This document shows positions 7,497 through 13,478 of a stretch of 35,136 nt of DNA, in pieces (position 1 is the first letter of the stretch; every line of letters starts with the position of its first letter). The notes under the pieces were generated by a model. It did not search any database, was not told where the DNA came from, and worked only from the letters and a program-made list of their open reading frames with translations. The position numbers were made by a program, and so were the translations under genes. The DNA comes from Myxococcota bacterium (GTDB lineage Bacteria; Myxococcota_A; Bradymonadia; UBA4248): positions 1 through 35,136 of the forward strand of contig JAZRWV010000014.1 of NCBI GenBank assembly GCA_045599925.1, given 5' to 3'.

Positions 7497-10094
7497 CTAA
7501 AAGAAATGGTTATAGAGATGAACAAGAATTTCCGCATCCAACGCCGCATATTCGAGCTGTTCCAATGATAAAGGTCGATGTTCCCATCGAGATGTCTGGT
7601 TTTCCTTATCCATATCGAGGCCGAATTCCCGATTGCAGACGGCTTTAAGAGAATGGCCACCCGGACATTTCATGCCGTGCAATCGGCGGCTGACTTTGAG
7701 CGTATCAACGATGTTCAGAATGGGCATGCCGTATTTGCCCAGAACCTGACATTCAAAACAGGAATTGTGAATGACTTTGATGATGTCTGGATGAGAAAAG
7801 ACCTGGGCAAGGTCGGAAATATCGACAGCGAGAGGATCGATGAGGAATGTCTGGTCGGCGCATCCGATTTGAATCAGACAAAGCCGTTGATCGTAGAGGG
7901 TCGTTTCGACGTCCAGTCCGATGAACTTCTGGCTGAGAATGACATTGAGGGCCTTTGCCAGTTTTATTTCATTATCGACATAAGTCCATGGAAAACGCGT
8001 ATGCATGATACCTTCACGAACCGGCGTTGTTCGATACGCGACAGTGTCGTTTTGAGAGCATGAAGCGTGAGTTTTTGACTCATGACATTTGGCAGTTTGA
8101 GATGAATATTCCAGTTTTTCTGTCTTTGACAAACAATGATTGGAGTCTGTTTTTTCCTCAAACGCGATGAACAAATCGTCATCGATGTGGAGCAAAGTCT
8201 CGGTTTGAAAAACGGGAATTTCGACCTGAGAACTGTCTTTCATCCATTCTGTGAGCTCATTTTCGAAAAGCATTTTTTGAACAGATTCTGGGATAAGACA
8301 GAAAATCCAGCCATAGAGATGACTTTTTTTCCAGGCCTGGAAAAGATTGTTTTTCAGTGCAGAGGAACCGCCTGAAATGCAGATTTCATGAATAGAAGAG
8401 ACAACTTCGCGAAGTCTTGCAACGATTTTTGGCGTATAGGATGACGGAATCGGGTCCCAGCTCAAACGAAGGTTGAAATTTCCGAAGGAAACTTTGAGTT
8501 TTGGCGCGATACAAGCCAGAATCATGGCGAGGAATTCGTTGTATTTTGCGCCGGAGAATGTCCACCAATGGGCACAGGATGAAGTGACTTCGATGAATAA
8601 ATGCGCCGGTGCAGATGCAAATTGAGTGCGCAGTTTATGAAGTTCCTCACGACAAACAGAACTCAGGTTTATTTGACTGCATTCCGTCTGTGAAAACAGG
8701 AGGCTTTCAATCGCAGAACACGTGTGTTTGCTGCAAATGACGGGCATATCATCGAGCCACACGGGTTGAATGTTCTCCTGATTCATCCGAAGTGTGACTT
8801 CGTTGCCAAGGATGTTGTGAAACTGTCGCTGCCAGCATTTCCCCCCCATCGCAAATCGAGCATTCATGCGCAAAAAGTCGGATTCAATCAAGCCAACGGG
8901 TTCGTGATTTATGGTTTTGCAAACCGTATCGTGTTTAAACCCGTGCAAAATGCCGAGCTGAGAAAATATCTGTATACCAGGAAAGAGTTTTGTACCGGCA
9001 GCAGTCAGTTCGACATTTCCGGAAGCAATGGAGACAAAGCCCTGTGCAACCCAGAAATCGAGGCATTTTTTGGCCGTAGATGTATTGAATGCCGTCACAT
9101 CAATTCTCTGGCACCAGAGCGCGGCATAAAGGCGATATATTTCCCCAAAAACGTCAAAATTCTGTGTCTGAGATTCCTGTTTTGGAAATTCTGCATTGGA
9201 TGCTGCAATGAGCATGGCCATTCGATTTGTTGCAAGAACAGATACCGGATTTTGCTGTTTGAGCATGCAGTCCGCGCGTTCGATGAAATTTTCATTGGGC
9301 AGCGGGTCAATAAAAACGCAGTGCGACCACTCGACATCGGGCAGACAAAAATCGGCAACAGGATTCAGCGACAGATACTGAAAATATTTGGCGTTTTTAG
9401 GGCGATTTCCGGACGCAGTCACGACGTGGATATGCTCTCGATGTGAAGCTTCAGAATAAGTGAGGCGAATGCTCTCGTTTCGGCAAGTGACGAGTGAATA
9501 TTTTTGACGGCAAATGTCGTAAAACTCCCTGATATCTTCTGGCTGTGCGGGATTAAAAAGCCAGAGATTCGGCCGCATTCCGATCTGTTCGACGGGATAT
9601 TTCAACCATTTCAGGTCGGGATGAACTTCGTTGAGCCTCGCCTGCGGCAGTGACAGGCCCATATATGCAACGGCTGGATTTGCAGGCAGTTCCTTCAAAA
9701 TTCCGAACCAGTATTCGCAGGTGTTGTCGGCGCAGTCGCGTTCGTCCATCCACACGATATATCTTCGGCAAAAAGACGCCATTCGGGCAAAATTCGCGGG
9801 ATCGACGCACATGAGCTGCTCGAGAATCTGCGGCGTTGTCACCTGAATCTGCGGCATCGGCAAATCACCGGATTCAAGCTGCTCAACCACCGTCTTAAAA
9901 ATGTCCGCGCGCGTCTTGTCAAACGCCACAAAGAGAATGATGGCCTGTTCATCGCCGGCAAACGCACTGGGGAGCGCCTCGAACAGTGCACGACTCATAT
10001 CGGGAAGATTTCCGGTCATGGCAAAAGAGCTGTTATCACTAAGAATTTCGCTCAAATCTCCGGCCATTTGGTCTCTTTCGGCGTGTTTTTTCAT
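7497..10094 (-). CDS. fusion protein: degenerate Lhr-like SF2 helicase scaffold plus C-terminal RNase D-type DEDDy 3'-5' exonuclease
   Basis: C-terminus: ExoI IGLDVETT, ExoII VIHNSCFEC, ExoIII YAALDAE, with colinearity to RNase D (LCLIQIG, FLIDPL). N-terminus: eroded helicase motifs (AMTGNLPD, VWMDERD, YMGLSLP), a winged-helix-like segment and a WWTFSGAKYNEFLAMIL block resembling Lhr domain 4. The exonuclease call is firm. The helicase-like call is tentative. Confidence 0.75.
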   Translation of the reverse strand: MKKHAERDQMAGDLSEILSDNSSFAMTGNLPDMSRALFEALPSAFAGDEQAIILFVAFDKTRADIFKTVVEQLESGDLPMPQIQVTTPQILEQLMCVDPANFARMASFCRRYIVWMDERDCADNTCEYWFGILKELPANPAVAYMGLSLPQARLNEVHPDLKWLKYPVEQIGMRPNLWLFNPAQPEDIREFYDICRQKYSLVTCRNESIRLTYSEASHREHIHVVTASGNRPKNAKYFQYLSLNPVADFCLPDVEWSHCVFIDPLPNENFIERADCMLKQQNPVSVLATNRMAMLIAASNAEFPKQESQTQNFDVFGEIYRLYAALWCQRIDVTAFNTSTAKKCLDFWVAQGFVSIASGNVELTAAGTKLFPGIQIFSQLGILHGFKHDTVCKTINHEPVGLIESDFLRMNARFAMGGKCWQRQFHNILGNEVTLRMNQENIQPVWLDDMPVICSKHTCSAIESLLFSQTECSQINLSSVCREELHKLRTQFASAPAHLFIEVTSSCAHWWTFSGAKYNEFLAMILACIAPKLKVSFGNFNLRLSWDPIPSSYTPKIVARLREVVSSIHEICISGGSSALKNNLFQAWKKSHLYGWIFCLIPESVQKMLFENELTEWMKDSSQVEIPVFQTETLLHIDDDLFIAFEEKTDSNHCLSKTEKLEYSSQTAKCHESKTHASCSQNDTVAYRTTPVREGIMHTRFPWTYVDNEIKLAKALNVILSQKFIGLDVETTLYDQRLCLIQIGCADQTFLIDPLAVDISDLAQVFSHPDIIKVIHNSCFECQVLGKYGMPILNIVDTLKVSRRLHGMKCPGGHSLKAVCNREFGLDMDKENQTSRWEHRPLSLEQLEYAALDAEILVHLYNHFF

Positions 10095-10155
10095 GTTTTC
10101 AACTTTTTACTTTGGATGATGCAGCTTTGTGCGCTTCGCGCACTGCAGCCAGCAT

Positions 10156-10231
10156 GCCGGGCTATCGGCTCAACCGCCGATACGCCCGGCTGAACATTGC
10201 TTTTGGCTTTAAAAGCCAATACGCAATGTTC
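10156..10231. repeat. two bulged-G hairpin repeats in reverse orientation
   Basis: 10156-10190: GCCGGGC-TATCGGC tcaacc GCCGATA-C-GCCCGGC. 10192-10231: GAACATTGC-TTTTGGC tttaaaa GCCAATA-C-GCAATGTTC. Confidence 0.8.
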
Positions 10232-10234
10232 CTT

Positions 10235-10615
10235 TTATTTCTCTCTCAGATATATCTCAATTTCCGCATCGTCATCGGGAACGACAATCGTCTGTGTTAC
10301 AATATGAGTTTTCCCGGAATCTGTCGATACAATGCCACGCATCATATAAATTCCTGGACGAATGCTCATTTTTTCGACCGGAAGTGTGTGAACACTAAAG
10401 TTTTGACTAAAAGTCGCCGCCACATTTTCGGTGCCGTCTTCATAAACTGTCATGTCGATGCGAACCGGTTTTTCCGAACCTTGAATGACGGGACGCATCG
10501 TCAATGTCACGTCAACTTTTCGGTTGTTTCCCCATATCCATACAAAAAGACAGACAAGAACGACGACAATGATGGGTTTTATGCTTTTCTTTAGGGATTC
10601 GCGAGTAAAGATCAT
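10235..10615 (-). CDS. small membrane-anchored hypothetical protein
   Basis: 126-aa ORF with an N-terminal TM helix (IIVVVLVCLFVWIW). There is no obvious SD. I prefer it over the overlapping plus-strand ORF, which translates repeat hairpins. Confidence 0.5.
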   Translation of the reverse strand: MIFTRESLKKSIKPIIVVVLVCLFVWIWGNNRKVDVTLTMRPVIQGSEKPVRIDMTVYEDGTENVAATFSQNFSVHTLPVEKMSIRPGIYMMRGIVSTDSGKTHIVTQTIVVPDDDAEIEIYLREK

Positions 10616-10715
10616 TTGTTTAGTTTTCGGTTGTCAGGTTTTGCTTTCGGTAACATGCTACGCCGTATCGTGGATTTATTTTCGTATCGCGTTTCCGGGG
10701 CATCCACTCCGGTTA

Positions 10716-10772
10716 TCAGGTACGTAGATCCAAAATACAAATATCCGCATTTTCGACATTCGCCATGCGCAA
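10716..10772 (-). pseudogene. truncated fragment of an Rpn-family paralogue
   Basis: 10729-10770 matches 11050-11091 inside the adjacent Rpn gene at 37/42 positions. In the same frame it reads ..RMANVENADICILDLRT* against RMANVEKADIRILES. It begins 1 nt after the Rpn stop codon. Confidence 0.55.
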
Positions 10773-10775
10773 AAA

Positions 10776-11831
10776 TCATTTTTGGATAAGACTTTTCATT
10801 TGTTCATCCGTTAATCGCGTTGCTTTTTGAATGTCTTCAACACTCACACCAATTTCAAGAAAACGCTTGGCGATGTCACAAGTATTAACTTCGATGGTCT
10901 TTGGGGTTGCATCTTCGATGATTCTGAGTTTTGCATTTTCAATGACTTCTTCGTCATGTTCTTTAAAATAATCATCCATCATCTGGTTGACGTTCATGTT
11001 TTTATCTCCTGCGGTTTTGTCGATAGGTAATCTGCATTCAGTCATCGATTCTAAGATTCGAATATCCGCTTTTTCGACATTCGCCATGCGCGGATGGTGA
11101 CGCAAATAATCATAATATTTCTTAGGGCCATTGTCGACATACAGCTTGAATGCTTCGAATACTGCGCTCCAGTTGGTTTTCATGCGTTCGTAATCGCTTT
11201 CATCCATATTCAGCGGTTCAATGAGGTTAATCCAAAAATCGGGAATGACAGCTTTGAGCTCATCAGGAAGATCAGGCATCATTTCATAAAGCGAACGTGC
11301 CGCTGTCCATTTGGTATGGCCAAAATATACAACCAGTGAAATTACCGGAATGAGCAGACTTGAAGGTATTTCTGCAATTTCAGGATATTCCTTTTTGAGA
11401 TTGCCTTCAGTTTGCGCGGTATATGCCATGGCATCGTAAAGCATAATTCTGACAGACATAAACTGACATATGTCAGATTGTTCTTCAAGCCCGAGGAACA
11501 GATATCCTGTCTTGTCGTCGTGTTTATAAACGGCAAATTTGAACAAATCCCTGAATCTGGTCAAAAACTGCTCAATTTTAGACTTTTTTGTGCCAGAACT
11601 CTGTGCAGAATCTGGTGAATTCCCAGCATTTTCGTTTATCTGCGAATCTTTTCCGGAACTGGAGGTTTCATCATTTTTATAAAACCAGACAATTTGCTCG
11701 ATATCGCCCGGTCTGAGTTGTTCCGGCTGAATCACTTGTTGTCCGAAATACACATAATAATTGACCAGGTCCGCGAACCGTTCATTATCCGAAACGTATT
11801 CCTTAAAACTCGAATCTTTTTCGCCCATCAT
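10776..11831 (-). CDS. Rpn-family recombination-promoting nuclease / putative transposase (PD-(D/E)XK)
   Basis: The N-terminal FKEYVSDNERFADLVNYYVY and the LGLEEQSDICQFMSVRIMLYDAMAY block fit the PD-(D/E)XK E-x-Q-S core typical of Rpn/YhgA-like proteins. There is a C-terminal HTH-like tail. AGGAGG precedes ATGATG at 11831/11828. The gene looks more AT-rich than its neighbours by eye. Confidence 0.7.
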   Translation of the reverse strand: MMGEKDSSFKEYVSDNERFADLVNYYVYFGQQVIQPEQLRPGDIEQIVWFYKNDETSSSGKDSQINENAGNSPDSAQSSGTKKSKIEQFLTRFRDLFKFAVYKHDDKTGYLFLGLEEQSDICQFMSVRIMLYDAMAYTAQTEGNLKKEYPEIAEIPSSLLIPVISLVVYFGHTKWTAARSLYEMMPDLPDELKAVIPDFWINLIEPLNMDESDYERMKTNWSAVFEAFKLYVDNGPKKYYDYLRHHPRMANVEKADIRILESMTECRLPIDKTAGDKNMNVNQMMDDYFKEHDEEVIENAKLRIIEDATPKTIEVNTCDIAKRFLEIGVSVEDIQKATRLTDEQMKSLIQK

Positions 11832-11987
11832 AGCCTCCTGTTTGAACAGAACGAGGAACATTCCTCACTATAATGATTACGTCGAAAAAGAATTGTGACA
11901 CCCAGAGTGTCGATTTTTTGTATCAGTTTGTATGCGATGGGATTATAGAACGGCTACGCACATTCGCCGTGGTTTAACAAATTGTTT

Positions 11988-12914
11988 TCATTTGGAAACC
12001 AATGGTGATGGTGCCGGAAATTCAGGAAGTTCATTGGGGGCCCATGTTTTCCATAGGCTAAACTGCTCATTTTCGAAGCGATAAGTTTCGATTTTGACGA
12101 GCTGTCCATCATCGAAATGATAAAGATTAAATTTGCCGGCCCGGTTGTCGCGTTTGAATGTGCAAACACTGCATGAACCCGTTTCGGAAACGATAAGATT
12201 CTGTGCGCGGCAAAGTGTAAAGTCGTGATTGTGTCCATGAACAATCAGTTTGACATCGGCCTCCTGGCAAATGCGAAGGAATTCGGCTCGTTCTTTGAGA
12301 TTGCGAAGCGATTCACCTGGAGAAGTGACGACCTGTGTGAGGTGGTGATGCAGTGCAACAATTTTGGTTCTCGAAACAACATCCGGATGCTGAAGGATTT
12401 TTTGGAGGTCATCGAGCTGTTTTGAACCAAGTTTTCCTGCGGCGACGAACCACGGTCGCGGCTGTGCTGAATTGAGTCCGATAATGGCAATATTTTCAAT
12501 GATGCGAACAAAAGGCCAGGTCGAATCAATGCCGGTATCGAGATTTCCGGGCTTTTGGGTATAAATCATCGATTCGAAGCGTTTGTGTTTTGCACTTTCT
12601 CTCGTGTAAAAATCGTGATTTCCGGGCACGATGGTCATCTGAGAATCGTCAAAAAAGCGATTGAGTTCAGTTTTGACGGACAGGAATTCGGCAGGCAGAG
12701 CCAGATTTGTCAAATCACCGGTGACGACGAGGTGGGAACATTCGAGGGATTTGAGCGTTTCAAGTGCTTTTATAGCGGTATCTTTTGAATGGATGTGCGC
12801 CCGGCCTGCGATAAGATTGATACCGCCAGAGATTCTCTTGTTGAGAAAATCGGAAACATGTGCGCCGGTTGTATCCAGCCAGTGAATGTCGCTAATGTGG
12901 CCGATTTTGATCAT
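11988..12914 (-). CDS. calcineurin-like metallophosphoesterase (CpdA/LpxG-like fold, specific function unknown)
   Basis: Motifs HISDIHW, VVTGDLTN, GNHD, ALHHH, VHGHNHD. The start is 5 nt downstream of the panD stop. Confidence 0.8.
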   Translation of the reverse strand: MIKIGHISDIHWLDTTGAHVSDFLNKRISGGINLIAGRAHIHSKDTAIKALETLKSLECSHLVVTGDLTNLALPAEFLSVKTELNRFFDDSQMTIVPGNHDFYTRESAKHKRFESMIYTQKPGNLDTGIDSTWPFVRIIENIAIIGLNSAQPRPWFVAAGKLGSKQLDDLQKILQHPDVVSRTKIVALHHHLTQVVTSPGESLRNLKERAEFLRICQEADVKLIVHGHNHDFTLCRAQNLIVSETGSCSVCTFKRDNRAGKFNLYHFDDGQLVKIETYRFENEQFSLWKTWAPNELPEFPAPSPLVSK

Positions 12915-12919
12915 AAGCT

Positions 12920-13273
12920 TTACGGAAGCTGAGGAATTTCGATGTTATTTTCGTCGACGAGAACGATATTAGGTTCGTGATGAGCAGCCTCTTCTTCATT
13001 CATCATGGCATAAGTTGCGATGATAATTTTGTCACCGAGCTGAACGCAGCGTGCGGCTGCGCCATTGAGCGTAATTTCTCCCTGTTCGCCGTAAATGACG
13101 TAAGTACTAAGTCGTGCACCATTTGTGACGTTGTAGATATCGACGCGTTCCCATTCGAGAATATTTGCGCGTTTGGCGAGGTTCCTGTCGATAGTGATAG
13201 AACCTTGATAATTGAGATTGGCACAGGTAACGGTAGCACGATGTATTTTGGATTTGAGAAGCTGTACGAGCAT
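12920..13273 (-). CDS. panD: aspartate 1-decarboxylase proenzyme
   Basis: [29 protein letters not shown] places the self-processing Gly24-Ser25 site at the canonical position. The length is 117 aa. Confidence 0.95.
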   Translation of the reverse strand: MLVQLLKSKIHRATVTCANLNYQGSITIDRNLAKRANILEWERVDIYNVTNGARLSTYVIYGEQGEITLNGAAARCVQLGDKIIIATYAMMNEEEAAHHEPNIVLVDENNIEIPQLP

Positions 13274-13381
13274 ATTTCAAATAATTCCATGAAAAATGAA
13301 TTGGGCTGCAAGAACAAAATGCAGCGTTATCGGGCGCCTCGTATAGTATCATTTGAAAGACATCGCAATGTCGAAAGCCCG

Positions 13382-13414
13382 AAAAAAAAAGCGGCCGTAT
13401 CGCAGACAGGCCGC
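13382..13414 (-). terminator. rho-independent terminator downstream of the 868-aa lipoprotein gene
   Basis: On the minus strand: GCGGCC, a 12-nt loop, GGCCGC, then nine T (the A-run at 13382-13390). Confidence 0.7.
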
Positions 13415-13419
13415 TTAAC

Positions 13420-13474
13420 CTTGCGTATTGGCCCGTAGCCGTTGTGCACAACGGTTTTACGGGCCAATAGCAAG
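13420..13474. repeat. bulged-G hairpin repeat with a nested palindrome
   Basis: The 17-bp outer stem CTTGC-G-TATTGGCCCGTA / TACGGGCCAATA-GCAAG is perfect except for unpaired G13425. The inner palindrome CCGTTGTGCACAACGG spans 13439-13454. Confidence 0.85.
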
Positions 13475-13478
13475 GTCC

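Noticed and set aside
10112-10594. 160-aa plus-strand ORF overlapping the 126-aa minus-strand gene
   Set aside because: Its N-terminal third translates the repeat hairpins at 10121-10231. The minus-strand ORF has a plausible TM anchor and fits the local strand polarity.
11884-11913. Possible terminator after the panD-phosphoesterase operon (GACAC-CCAGA-GTGTC with flanking A/T runs)
   Set aside because: The stem is only 5 bp and the T-run on the coding strand is separated from it by 6 nt. This is too weak to call.
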